The notes under the pieces: model-generated
Told to the model about the DNA's origin: nothing
Seen by the model: only the letters and a program-made list of their open reading frames with translations
Database searches by the model: none
Assembly: GCA_030390025.1 (NCBI GenBank)
Contig: CM059432.1
Span: 65,474,001 to 65,538,000, forward strand
Source of the DNA: Squalus acanthias
Lineage: Eukaryota
Direction: 5' to 3'
DNA: 64,000 nucleotides
Made by a program: the position numbers and the translations under genes
Shown: one piece after another, positions 63,695 to 64,000 of the stretch
Layout: each line of letters begins with the position of its first letter
Position numbering within the stretch: position 1 is the first letter of the stretch

Positions 63695-64000
63695 AATAAT
63701 TCAGGATTCCCTGCACCGATGAGTCCCGTCTCCTTTTGCTCCCTGGAAGATCGTCACCCACTTGTCTCTTTCTGCACAATTGCGTCCTAAACTGCCTAAC
63801 AATGCCTCTTGGTAACCACATTCCAGAGAGGACAATCTGGAAACCCCTTGTCCTCTGATGCTACCGAATGTGGCTAATTGCTGCTTGAGCACAAAGATTC
63901 TCTGATCAAGAGACTCAATTTTCTGACACTGACGCTGATGCTAAACTGTACGCTCTTCTGGCCTCACACTCCAGTGGCCTCTCACAGTTCAAAAGGGTGT

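Larger units (their letters stand above)
58389..63960 (-). mobile_element. Old, near full-span CR1 with SGNH/GDSL-esterase ORF1, fragmented by later insertions
   Basis: ORF1 remnants 63701-63892 and 62659-62901 (RRVLIVGDSIFRGLD..CCLP.AK). The endonuclease joins across ~62021/60093 and continues with RPPNS (59592-59960). RT and C-terminal remnants at 59380-59600 and 58389-58860. Confidence 0.72.

Overview
Eukaryotic, repeat-dominated intergenic or intronic DNA, most likely from a cartilaginous fish. That assignment is inferred from CR1 LINEs with shark HER1-like tails and from Deu-domain SINEs. No host protein-coding gene could be recognised; every long ORF is transposon-derived. Contents: (i) many CR1-group LINE copies of different ages, often nested, including two near-identical young copies with a duplicated 3' tail; (ii) L2 and SINE relics; (iii) a ~1.1-kb solo LTR with a 4-bp TSD; (iv) a 2.2-kb minisatellite of 65 x 34-bp units; (v) a PIF/Harbinger assemblage. 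The assemblage comprises one 2.5-kb element with a DDE transposase and a convergent Myb/SANT gene (both disabled), three internally deleted derivatives, and about 10 MITE-like elements with related TIRs. Most MITEs have 3-bp TSDs, and several share CRE, TATA-like and 5'-splice-site motifs. Family names come from recalled motifs, not database searches.
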